Shown: positions 18,527 through 26,429, numbered from the stretch's first letter. The stretch is DNA of 32,000 nucleotides from Candidatus Electronema aureum (GCA_004284765.1 NQJD01000019.1:15724-47723), one strand, 5' to 3'. The notes: a model not told the origin generated them from the letters alone. Made by a program: numbers and translations.

Positions 18527-19588
18527 TTACAACTTCCCATCCGCTGCCATCTGCATATAAGTCTTGTCAAAGCGCAGCTTGACGTTGGCCTTGTCGCCCA
18601 GCACGGCACCGTCCGGGAAGGCGATGCCCACCAACTCCTTGCTCGGCGCGCCCTCGCCATACAGGCCATGCTCGAAGCTGAAGGAGCGGACATAGTCCAT
18701 CGTCTTCTTCACCTGCTCGCCCGCAGCAAAGGCCGCAGCCTCAGCAGGTGCATAGAACATCTTGGTGGTCTTGAGCTGCGCCTTGAACTCTGCCAGCGTT
18801 CCGCCTGCTGACTTTGCCATCACCTCCAAGGCCTCCTTGCTGCCTGCCGGGCTGTTCATCTTGGCCATTGCCTCATACCAAGCACCGGTGAGGGCCTTCT
18901 TCAGTGCCTCTGGTGCGCTGGACTTGACCACCAGACAGTCGATAATCTCCCCTGGAATCTGCGAGGAGTCGAAGACGAGGTTAGCCCCTTTGACGTTGCG
19001 CACCTGCATCAGCAATGGGTTCCAAGTGGTGACTGCTGCCTTAGGGTCTTTCTCCACTTCTGAGGCAAAGATGGAGGCGATGTCTGCGTCACTGGTGTTG
19101 ATCAGGGTCAGGTCTTTCTCCTTCATGCCGTTCATGTCCAGGGCGCGGGTCAGCAGGTAGTGAGAGACCGAGAGCTGAACAATGCGCATCTTTCGTCCGG
19201 CAAGGTCTTTCACCGAGCTGCCATTCATCAGGACAACCCCATCATTGCCATTGGAGAAGTCGCCGACGATCAAAGCCGTGGAATCCACGCCTCCCACTGC
19301 TGGGATGGTCAGGGCATCCATGTTGGTCATTACACAGCCGTCAAACTGACCAGAGGTATAGAGGTTGATGCTCTCGACATAGTCATTGACCAGGACGATC
19401 TCCACCTTGTCTAAGCCGTACTTCTTGGCCCACTTGTCCATGATGCCGGACTCCTGAATATAAGCCCAGGGTTCCCAGCCTGTGTAGTGCGACCAGGCAA
19501 TGCGGTGGGTGCTGCCAGCAATGGCTTGGCTGGCCAGCAAGACACTCACAGCAGCGGTGATGATCAGTGACCTGATTCCCTTCTTCAT
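18527..19588 (-). CDS. ABC transporter periplasmic substrate-binding protein (NMT1/TauA-like fold)
   Basis: An internal ATG at 19588 is preceded by GGAGAAAGG. The signal peptide is MKKGIRSLIITAAVSVLLASQAIAG. Motifs are RIAWSHYTGWEPWAY and NDYVESINLYTSGQFDGCVMTNMDALTIPAVGGVDSTALIVGDFSNGNDG. The track's longer ORF (to 19753) would overlap the upstream gene. Confidence 0.85.
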   Translation of the reverse strand: MKKGIRSLIITAAVSVLLASQAIAGSTHRIAWSHYTGWEPWAYIQESGIMDKWAKKYGLDKVEIVLVNDYVESINLYTSGQFDGCVMTNMDALTIPAVGGVDSTALIVGDFSNGNDGVVLMNGSSVKDLAGRKMRIVQLSVSHYLLTRALDMNGMKEKDLTLINTSDADIASIFASEVEKDPKAAVTTWNPLLMQVRNVKGANLVFDSSQIPGEIIDCLVVKSSAPEALKKALTGAWYEAMAKMNSPAGSKEALEVMAKSAGGTLAEFKAQLKTTKMFYAPAEAAAFAAGEQVKKTMDYVRSFSFEHGLYGEGAPSKELVGIAFPDGAVLGDKANVKLRFDKTYMQMAADGKL

Positions 19589-19601
19589 GGTTCCTTTCTC
19601 C

Positions 19602-20810
19602 TTAATCAATCTCAAGATACATAGCCGGGCTGACCTGATTGCCCCGCTCCAGCTTCTTCGTTGCCTCTTCGGTCTCGGTGGTGAGCCTGTCCATCTCCAG
19701 GAGGCTCTTTGCCATCTGCGGCAGAGCCTCTTGACGGAAGCGGGCGATATCATCTAGGGCACCGTGGATATCAGCAAATGCCTGCTTGAGCACCTGCATA
19801 TCAAGCTGGCTACTCGCGGCCTGCTTGTGGATTTCCACGCCCTGCTGCTGAAGCCGTTTGGCGGTGTCGCCAATCAGCTTGTTGGTGGTCGTGTTGACCG
19901 CCTCGATCTTACCCAGCACGATCTTCTGATTCGCCAGGGCTAGGGCCACGGTCACAGCCACGCTGAGGGCATTGACCGTCACGTTGACCGCCCGATTCAC
20001 GCCCCGGATTAGCTCTTTGTTGTTGCGCACGATGATCTCGATGGCCAGGACAGCTTGTTGATTAACAGCTAACTGCTGCTGCAAGTCCATCAGCCGCTGC
20101 CGGAGCGGAAAGAGCAGCTCCTCGTTGATAAAGCTGGCCCGTGGGTCATCGGAAGGGATGTCCTGCGCCAGCACCTGACTGAGTTTCTTGTCCAGCAGCA
20201 TCCCCAGATCAATCGACTTCCGCAGCTTATGGGTAGCCAGGCGGAGCTGCTTCTGGTCGTCGGTCAGGGTGAGGTTGTCCCGCTTGAGGGTGTCTGCGCC
20301 ACCGTGGAGGGAGCGGAGAATGGCATCCAGTACGGTCTGCGCACTCTCGAACTGCATAAAGTAGCGCTTGAGCGGCGTGCCAATGCCGGGCAGCGCACCC
20401 AGGAGGCGGGCGAACCAGCCCGGATCAAGGTTGAACTTCTGCGGGTCTAGCTCCTCTACCTTCAGGTTCAGGTTCACCAGGGCATTCGCCACCTCGCCGC
20501 CGTCCTCACCCTTTTGCGCTAGCTTGCGGATTGGCTCCCGCAACATGGCACTGCGCAGGGCAGAATCCTTCTGGGCCTTCGCACCGAGGTTGTCGATTGA
20601 GGCAATATTCTGCTGCCTGATCTCTATCTGGGTAGCATCCTCCGGGTTAATGGCGAGGATGTTGGCAACAAACTCATTCGCCATCTTCTCCAGTTCTGGG
20701 TCGGCAGCCTGAACTGGTGCCAGGCTGATCGGATCAACCAGCCCTAGCTCTGCGCTCAATCTCTGCTCATCAACCTTGACCAAGCCTTTTTCCTGCACTG
20801 TCTCTGCCAT
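19602..20810 (-). CDS. telA: TelA-like toxic anion resistance family protein
   Basis: An internal ATG at 20810 is preceded by AAGGAGA. The helical protein carries TelA-like stretches: DNLGAKAQKDSALRSAMLREPIRKL, LKVEELDP, LKRYFMQFESAQTVLDAILRSL and TLKRDNLTLTDDQKQLR. Confidence 0.78.
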   Translation of the reverse strand: MAETVQEKGLVKVDEQRLSAELGLVDPISLAPVQAADPELEKMANEFVANILAINPEDATQIEIRQQNIASIDNLGAKAQKDSALRSAMLREPIRKLAQKGEDGGEVANALVNLNLKVEELDPQKFNLDPGWFARLLGALPGIGTPLKRYFMQFESAQTVLDAILRSLHGGADTLKRDNLTLTDDQKQLRLATHKLRKSIDLGMLLDKKLSQVLAQDIPSDDPRASFINEELLFPLRQRLMDLQQQLAVNQQAVLAIEIIVRNNKELIRGVNRAVNVTVNALSVAVTVALALANQKIVLGKIEAVNTTTNKLIGDTAKRLQQQGVEIHKQAASSQLDMQVLKQAFADIHGALDDIARFRQEALPQMAKSLLEMDRLTTETEEATKKLERGNQVSPAMYLEID

Positions 20811-20850
20811 CTCCCTGTCTCCTTTGCTGTTCCTGTTGAACGGCTTGAAC

Positions 20851-20910
20851 AGGGTACCTATCAGCCTGTCTGGAGGGTACCCTGTAGAATATCTGGAGGG
20901 TACCCTCCAG
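20851..20910. repeat. Phased array of three GGTACC-centred sites in the XpaC-like/TelA-like spacer, including a perfect 18-bp palindrome
   Basis: GTAC cores lie at 20854, 20877 and 20900, exactly 23 bp apart. The 15-nt direct repeat tctggagggtaccct occurs at 20869-20883 and 20892-20906. ctggagggtaccctccag (20893-20910) is its own reverse complement. Confidence 0.75.
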
Positions 20911-20917
20911 CGATACT

Positions 20918-21751
20918 TCAATACTGCCGAGCGCGGACTGCCACCTGCTGGAGCTGCGCAATGGCGGCCTCGAAATCGCCTTGCGCCAACGCGGTGTTGG
21001 TGGACATCGCTGCCACTGCTACCACGGTCTCTTCCAGGGCAGTCATCGCCTCCTCGTTGGCCGCCAGCAGTTCATTCACCCGCTCTAGCTGCTCGCAGCG
21101 CAGCTTGCTCCGACGGATGAGGGTTTCTCGCTCCTTGCGGTCAGCCTCGTTGGTGGGTTCCTTTATGCTGGCAAGCTGCTTATCAATATAGTCGAGATCA
21201 ATACCGCCGACACTTTCCAGCAGGACAATGATGCGTTGCAGGGTATCCAGACTGCCGAGATAGACCTGCTCTGCTGCGCCGAGGAAACGCCCGTAGGACA
21301 GCTCGCCGTGCTGGAACCGTGTTGCCAGCAGGCTGCCCAGCTTGTCGAACTTGACCCGCATCCGCTCGAACTGCTCCAAACCCTGCTCGGCATACGCTTC
21401 GGCACCGGCAATCCGCTCCGCCTGTTGAAGGCTGCGGCGCAGGCCCTCAAGCATCTGCGCTTTCTGTCTCTGGCTACCCTCGACAAGCTGCTGAAGATAG
21501 CTCGCCGAGAGTGCCTCACCCCGGAAGAAGATATTGACAATAGCACTGCCCAAGCCCACGGTCAGCCCGCCCAGCAGACCGAGGTAAAGCAGAGGCGTGT
21601 TGAAGAGATAGGCGGCAAAGCCGAGCGGCAGTGCCAGGGCAGGCGGGTAGAGGGTCAGCCAGTGGGTCAACCCCTGCCAGACCACATGCCCTTGAATGGC
21701 ACGCTGGCTGAAGTCTTGCAGCTTGGGCGGAGATGGGGGAGTGGACTGCAT
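20918..21751 (-). CDS. 2-TM membrane protein with a long coiled-coil C-terminal region (XpaC-like partner of TelA)
   Basis: Two hydrophobic helices (LYPPALALPLGFAAYLF and LLYLGLLGGLTVGLGSAIVNIFF) are followed by a helical region. The architecture and position next to TelA match the XpaC/TelA pairing known from Bacillus (xpaC-yaaN). The family call rests on architecture only. Confidence 0.55.
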   Translation of the reverse strand: MQSTPPSPPKLQDFSQRAIQGHVVWQGLTHWLTLYPPALALPLGFAAYLFNTPLLYLGLLGGLTVGLGSAIVNIFFRGEALSASYLQQLVEGSQRQKAQMLEGLRRSLQQAERIAGAEAYAEQGLEQFERMRVKFDKLGSLLATRFQHGELSYGRFLGAAEQVYLGSLDTLQRIIVLLESVGGIDLDYIDKQLASIKEPTNEADRKERETLIRRSKLRCEQLERVNELLAANEEAMTALEETVVAVAAMSTNTALAQGDFEAAIAQLQQVAVRARQY

Positions 21752-21784
21752 TGGCTCAGAATTCCTGTTTAGCGGGCGATAAGG

Positions 21785-21824
21785 TTGTCAGCATGTTGAC
21801 AAGCAGCCTGATTGTATATACAGT
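21785..21824 (+). promoter_or_regulatory. Candidate brnTA promoter/operator
   Basis: An inverted repeat TTGTCA-gcatgt-TGACAA (21785-21802) overlaps a TTGACA -35 (21796-21801). A 17-nt spacer leads to TACAGT (21819-21824). The ATG at 21830 has no SD upstream, which suggests a leaderless or near-leaderless mRNA. Confidence 0.4.
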
Positions 21825-21829
21825 AAACC

Positions 21830-22102
21830 ATGCGCTACGAATGGGACGAAAGCAAACGAGCTGCCAACCTTGCCAAACACGGTGTGGACTTCCACAAGGC
21901 CGAACAGTTCGAGTGGATAACAGCGGTCGAAGCCAAGGACAACCGTTTCGACTATGGCGAGGAACGCTGGATTGCGCTTGGTATGATTGGTAATCGTCTT
22001 CATGTTCTCATCTATACCATCCGGGGCGACAGCATCCGTCTCATCAGCCTGCGTCGGGCCAACCCTCGCGAGAAGGAGCATTATGAACAAGCAACGACCT
22101 GA
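21830..22102 (+). CDS. brnT: BrnT-family ribonuclease toxin (DUF497)
   Basis: The sequence reads MRYEWDESKRAANLAKHGVDFHKAEQ...ERWIALGMIGNRLHVLIYTIRGDSIRLISLRRANPREKEHY. Confidence 0.85.
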   Translation: MRYEWDESKRAANLAKHGVDFHKAEQFEWITAVEAKDNRFDYGEERWIALGMIGNRLHVLIYTIRGDSIRLISLRRANPREKEHYEQATT

Positions 22103-22364
22103 ACATATCTCCCAAGAGGATTGGGATGCTGTTGATTCTCCTCCCTTAGATGACTCCCTTCTTGCTGCTATGAAACCGGTGAGGATGGAGCATCCCGACA
22201 TTCCGCCACGGGTGCGCGGCCCCCAGAAAGCAGCAAGGAAAGCCGCTGTCTCCATCCGGCTTGACCAGTCCGTTGTTGAGTCCTTCCGGGCTACGGGTCG
22301 CGGTTGGCAGGCCCGTGTGAATGACATCCTGCGGGACTGGCTCAAGGAGCACAAACCGGCCTGA
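22083..22364 (+). CDS. brnA: BrnA-family antitoxin
   Basis: The ATG at 22083 overlaps the brnT 3' end by 20 nt. The C-terminal pattern is KAAVSIRLDQSVVESFRATGRGWQARVNDILRDWLKEH. Confidence 0.85.
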   Translation: MNKQRPEHISQEDWDAVDSPPLDDSLLAAMKPVRMEHPDIPPRVRGPQKAARKAAVSIRLDQSVVESFRATGRGWQARVNDILRDWLKEHKPA

Positions 22365-22376
22365 GCCAGTCCCTGT

Positions 22377-23912
22377 TCACATATCTTCCCTGACCAGCAC
22401 CAGTTCCACGCGCGGCAGGCGGTACTCGTAGGTGCGCAGGGACTCGCCGGGCTGCTGGGCAAGCGGTTTGGTGCCGCCTAAGCCCAGAGGCCGGACGCGG
22501 TTGGCATCCATGCTGTGGGTGATCTGCAAGTAGCGGCTGACTGCTTCTGCCCGTTCTTGAGAGAGGCGCAGATTCTCGTCTGCGTCCCCGCGCACACCTG
22601 TATGTCCCTTGATGACAATACGGAAGTGGGGATAGTGACTGAGCCGGGCCATTGCGGTGTCGATGGTCTGCTTGCCGAGGACATCCAAGGTGGCTGTGCC
22701 TTGCTGGAAGATGATGGGATCAATCTTCAAGGTGCCGACCTCCTTGAGCGCATCCCAGCCTGCGTTGTCAAGCGGAGCAAATGCAGTAGCTCCAGCCGAA
22801 GAAGCCTTCTCGCCGGACGCGGCAAAGAGTTCTTCAAGAAAGCCTTTATTGGTAAGCCGGTAAGGGTTGCCGTCCGGTACTGGGCTGGCGGTGAAATCCC
22901 CTGCATTCACCAGTATCTCTGCTGCCGATTCGATGGCCGCAACCAAGCCTTCCTCCCCTGCCCCGCCTGCCGCAGCGATGCCAAACCACTGCTCGCAGTT
23001 GTCTGCCAGAGAGAGCCAGTCCACGCCCTTGAGCATGATACGCACCGGCTCTTCAGCGAGGCCCGTTTCCTCCTTGATGTGGCGGATGAATAGCCCCTCT
23101 TCTTGGCGGTACTTCTTCAGCACCTTGAAGTAGGTGGAGAGGAAGAGCTTGACGATGTCGGGGTTCTTCTGAGCAAAGTCCCGGCGGACCAGCAGCACGT
23201 CTACAATCAGTCGCTCTGTATCCTCAGTGCCAAGCAGCTTCACTATCCCCTTCTCCTGAAGGGCCTTGGTGACATCCGGCTCCCAGAGCACAGCCACATC
23301 AGCCTTGCCGGAGAGCAGGGCGTTCTTCGCCTGCTCAGAGCCGTTCACGGCCAGACGCAGAGGGCCAGACGCAGGATGCAGCTCCTTGACATTGAAGTGA
23401 TCTGCTGCTGCCTTGGCCAGATGTTCGCTGGGACTGGCTGGAGTGAAGGCAACCTTAGCATCCAGCTTGCCCTTCAGATCATCAAGGCTTGCCACTCGGT
23501 CTTTGCGGGCAAGGATGGCATCGCCGCCCTTGGACTCGTCGAGTACCGCAACAATGACCGCAGGATAGGCAAACCGCTCGGCATTGAGGAGGTAGGAATC
23601 CACCGTGGCGACAGCGAAATCAAGTTCTCCCTTCTCAAGACGCTCCATGCGGCGGCGATAATCAGCCTTGTCGTCCTCCCAGGCCAGCAGCCAGCCCGCC
23701 CGGTGCATCGCGCTCTTCATCTCTGGTGAGCGCAAGGGGAAGTAGCCAATCCAGTTGTCCAAGGCGATGCGGAGCTTACCCTGCGTCTGGGCTGCATCGC
23801 TGGTGGTCTGCTGCTTGCGGTCAAGCAGCTTAGGTAGAAGTAGCCAGATGCCGTAGGTGACACCAAGGCCCAACAGGAGCAGCAGCAGGGCACCAATCAG
23901 CCTGGCCTTCAT
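22377..23912 (-). CDS. Membrane-anchored SBP-fold (NMT1-like) domain fused to a C-terminal OmpA_C peptidoglycan-binding domain
   Basis: The N-terminal anchor is LIGALLLLLLGLGVTYGIWLLL. The SBP-like region reads LRIALDNWIGYFPL...DFAVATVDSYLL...DESKGGDAIL. The OmpA_C region reads IIFQQGTATLD...IVIKGHTGVRGDADENLRLSQERAEAVSRYL...LPRVELVLV. The start overlaps the upstream stop (ATGA). Confidence 0.8.
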   Translation of the reverse strand: MKARLIGALLLLLLGLGVTYGIWLLLPKLLDRKQQTTSDAAQTQGKLRIALDNWIGYFPLRSPEMKSAMHRAGWLLAWEDDKADYRRRMERLEKGELDFAVATVDSYLLNAERFAYPAVIVAVLDESKGGDAILARKDRVASLDDLKGKLDAKVAFTPASPSEHLAKAAADHFNVKELHPASGPLRLAVNGSEQAKNALLSGKADVAVLWEPDVTKALQEKGIVKLLGTEDTERLIVDVLLVRRDFAQKNPDIVKLFLSTYFKVLKKYRQEEGLFIRHIKEETGLAEEPVRIMLKGVDWLSLADNCEQWFGIAAAGGAGEEGLVAAIESAAEILVNAGDFTASPVPDGNPYRLTNKGFLEELFAASGEKASSAGATAFAPLDNAGWDALKEVGTLKIDPIIFQQGTATLDVLGKQTIDTAMARLSHYPHFRIVIKGHTGVRGDADENLRLSQERAEAVSRYLQITHSMDANRVRPLGLGGTKPLAQQPGESLRTYEYRLPRVELVLVREDM

Positions 23913-24700
23913 TGCTGGAACGTAGCGACATCAAAGGTTTCTGCTTCGGCCAGCACATCCGCCAAACCTTGGCGCAGGGCAGCAGGATTATCCGCTGCCT
24001 TATAGACGGTGCGGCCTGGCATGTTAAGGGCGTGATCCGTGCCGATGCAGAAGCCGATGGTGTGCAGCTCTACTGGGGTGTTATCCAGCATCCAGCGGAC
24101 TTTCTCTGTAGGATCATGGCCCGGATTTGCCTGTCCATCTGTGACCACCACCAAGACGTAGCGGCCATAGCCGAGCTGACGCATGGCCTGCTGCTCAAGC
24201 TGGGCATAACCTGCGCTGATTGCCTCGTGCAAGGGCGTACCACCAGCCGCAGAGGCAGACTGCACCTGCTCGGCAAGCTGCTGCCGGTTGCCAGTGCCTA
24301 TAGGCACCAGTTCCCGAATTTGGCTGTCAGTGAAGATCAACATCCCAAGGTTTGCATCTGCTGGCACACTGGCAGCAAACTCCTTGAGCGCGTTCTTGGC
24401 GGTCTCGATCTTGCTCTGATTGCCCGAACACTGGCGTTCAAGCATGGAGCCGCTGCCATCCAGCACGACATAGTAGTTGTCAGCTAACAGGTTTGGGGCC
24501 AGCACTGTATTCCCATTTGGTGCAGGCGGCCAAGGCAGGGCGAGTGGCTTTTGTGCGGCAGCGACCGGAACAGTTTGACTTGCCGCCTTTGCTGCGGGTA
24601 GATTGCTCTGCTTCGGCTGCTGTGCGTCCTTGCAAGCAGCAAGCCCACTGACCAAGATCATCGCGCAGAGCAAGGGCAGCATCTTCTTTTGCGTCCTCAT
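23909..24700 (-). CDS. vWA-domain lipoprotein
   Basis: An internal ATG at 24700 is preceded by GAGGGG. The lipobox signal is MRTQKKMLPLLCAMILVSGLAAC. The MIDAS motif is YYVVLDGSGSM, followed by ...GGTPL...VLVVVTDGQAN. The track's longer ORF (to 25048) overlaps the upstream gene and reads as noise. Confidence 0.8.
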   Translation of the reverse strand: MRTQKKMLPLLCAMILVSGLAACKDAQQPKQSNLPAAKAASQTVPVAAAQKPLALPWPPAPNGNTVLAPNLLADNYYVVLDGSGSMLERQCSGNQSKIETAKNALKEFAASVPADANLGMLIFTDSQIRELVPIGTGNRQQLAEQVQSASAAGGTPLHEAISAGYAQLEQQAMRQLGYGRYVLVVVTDGQANPGHDPTEKVRWMLDNTPVELHTIGFCIGTDHALNMPGRTVYKAADNPAALRQGLADVLAEAETFDVATFQQ

Positions 24701-24710
24701 ATCATGCCCC

Positions 24711-26429
24711 TCACAGCGACTTGAAGACCGAGGATTCGGCTTCGAGCTGAATGATGCGGAACTCCACCCGCATATTGTCGCGCCACTCCTGCTCGGTTTT
24801 GGGTGGGCAGGGATCGCCGCCGCAGATACCGGTCTTGGGTTTAGCAATACCGTGGCCGACCACGGCAAACTGGCTCTCATCAAGGACAACACCCTTGGAT
24901 GAGGCAAACTCGGTGATGCCGGTGCGCACCGCATTGGCCCGTGAGAGGCTGAGATTCTTGGCAGCCTGTTTGATCTGGCCAAGCGACATCTCTGTGGCGT
25001 TCTGCTTCTTTGCCTTGAGATAGCCCATCGGGTCAGAGTGGCCTTCAATCGTGATCACCGCGCCGCCGTAGGTGCTTGCCAGCTCAATCACCTTGCTGAA
25101 GGCATCAGCGTAGAGATCAGCAGAGAACTGGTTCTGGTTGGGCTGAAAGAAGACTTCAAAGGAAAACAGCTCGCCCTGGTTGAGGGTGTCCTGCTGCTGC
25201 TTGCGCTGGATCACACCTGCGACCTGGGCCGTGTCGAACTTGGGCACAGCCACGCCTACCACATTGGTCAGGCCCTCTTTCAGTACGCTATAGTCAAAGC
25301 CAGCTGCAGTCAGGGGAGCCTTCTTCGCGAGCAGGTCGATCTTGACTAAAGCACTCTGAATCTGCTCCTTGAGATTGCTGAAGTTACGCGGATAGTTCGC
25401 ATCGGTGAAGAACTTAACGTTGCCAGCAAAGCCGACAAACTCACAGTCTGCATACAGCGATTCAGCATCTGCCGTGGCTGCCGGACTATCAAAGAGGAGC
25501 TGGGCCGAAGCCTTAATTGTCTCGGTGTAGTCCTTCATCCGGCTGGCTTTGTCTTTGAACAGGGCGGAGAGCTGCTCCTCGCCTTGCATCAGGCCGTTGA
25601 CGAACTTCTCCACCTCGCTGCGGTGGACCTTGAAGTAATCCGAGCGTACTGCATAGACATCGGCAATCACCCGGTTGGCCGTTTTGCTGGAAAGCATGAT
25701 CTCCGCGTCCTTGACCGAGCCTTCCGCGCCCGTGCCCACTTTGCCGCCCGAAGTGAGGGCCTGCCCGTCTGGAATGATCATCAGGGCCGCGTCAACGTCT
25801 GCATCATGGAAGGCTTCTGCCGGGGTCTCTTGCGTGCCAGTGAGGTCTTTCACCCACTTTATGCTGACATCGCTCATGGACAAGCCCGCATCGGCCAAAA
25901 CCTTAGCTAAATAATCCACATGCGGGCCGTATGCCTGAAGAGCCACGGTTTTGCCCTTGAGATCTTTAGCTGTCTTGATGCCCGGCTTGACAACTAAGCA
26001 GTCGCCGCCGTTCGACCAGGTGAGCTGGTAGATGATCACCGGCGCGGTGCGCGGGTCACGGGCTAAAACCTCGGCAGCCATATTGACCATGCCAAGGGTA
26101 CCGCGTAGGTAGGGGGTTTCGCCGCTCAGATAGGCTTCCACCTGCTTCTTAAAGTCATCCTCACGCACTAAAGTTAGCTTCAGACCCTTTTTGGCAAAGA
26201 TGCTATTCGGCGCAGTCTTGGCCGCATTGCCGTTGGCAAGGATAGTCGCCTCGTCGCCGCCCCAGGTAATCAGTGGCACCCGGATGACATCCGCTGCCTT
26301 GACATCCGCCACAGGCTCATTGATGGTCTTTGCCAACGGTGGCGCATCAACATACTGCACTGCCTGGGCCGCAGAACAGCACAGCGCGAGACAAATGAAA
26401 ACGAACTGGCTAATTCGTGGTCGCATCAT
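24711..26429 (-). CDS. Secreted SBP-fold (NMT1-like) domain fused to a C-terminal OmpA_C-like domain
   Basis: The signal peptide is MMRPRISQFVFICLALCCSAAQA. The SBP-like region reads IRVPLITWGGDEATILANG...IIYQLTWSNGGDCLVV...KTVALQAYGPHVDYLAKVL. The OmpA-like end reads VFFQPNQNQFS...VITIEGHSDP...LSLSRANAVRTGI...NMRVEFRII. Confidence 0.8.
   Translation of the reverse strand: MMRPRISQFVFICLALCCSAAQAVQYVDAPPLAKTINEPVADVKAADVIRVPLITWGGDEATILANGNAAKTAPNSIFAKKGLKLTLVREDDFKKQVEAYLSGETPYLRGTLGMVNMAAEVLARDPRTAPVIIYQLTWSNGGDCLVVKPGIKTAKDLKGKTVALQAYGPHVDYLAKVLADAGLSMSDVSIKWVKDLTGTQETPAEAFHDADVDAALMIIPDGQALTSGGKVGTGAEGSVKDAEIMLSSKTANRVIADVYAVRSDYFKVHRSEVEKFVNGLMQGEEQLSALFKDKASRMKDYTETIKASAQLLFDSPAATADAESLYADCEFVGFAGNVKFFTDANYPRNFSNLKEQIQSALVKIDLLAKKAPLTAAGFDYSVLKEGLTNVVGVAVPKFDTAQVAGVIQRKQQQDTLNQGELFSFEVFFQPNQNQFSADLYADAFSKVIELASTYGGAVITIEGHSDPMGYLKAKKQNATEMSLGQIKQAAKNLSLSRANAVRTGITEFASSKGVVLDESQFAVVGHGIAKPKTGICGGDPCPPKTEQEWRDNMRVEFRIIQLEAESSVFKSL

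Noticed and set aside
19589-19753. N-terminal extension of the binding-protein ORF (track start 19753)
   Set aside because: The extension overlaps the TelA-like gene's 3' end and is Arg/Trp-rich. The internal ATG at 19588 has a GGAGAAAGG RBS and is immediately followed by a signal peptide.
20811-20921. N-terminal extension of the TelA-like ORF (track start 20921)
   Set aside because: The extension runs through the palindromic repeat array and lacks an RBS. The ATG at 20810 has AAGGAGA at proper spacing.
21236-21772. 178-aa plus-strand ORF, plus other ORFs opposite the XpaC-like gene
   Set aside because: They are antisense to a CDS with coherent TM and coiled-coil architecture. They have no start context or domain pattern.
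21788-22462. 224-aa minus-strand ORF spanning the brnTA locus
   Set aside because: It is antisense to two ORFs with strong BrnT/BrnA family patterns. Its sequence is Cys/Ser/Ala/Arg-rich noise and it overlaps the end of the neighbouring OmpA-fusion gene.
22515-24487. Several 190-210-aa plus-strand ORFs (22515-23093, 23103-23729, 23912-24487)
   Set aside because: All are antisense to the OmpA-fusion and vWA genes. They are typical high-GC shadow frames with no motifs.
24701-25048. N-terminal extension of the vWA ORF (track start 25048)
   Set aside because: It overlaps the upstream OmpA-fusion CDS in another frame and reads as Pro/Ser/Arg noise. The ATG at 24700 has an SD and a lipoprotein signal peptide.
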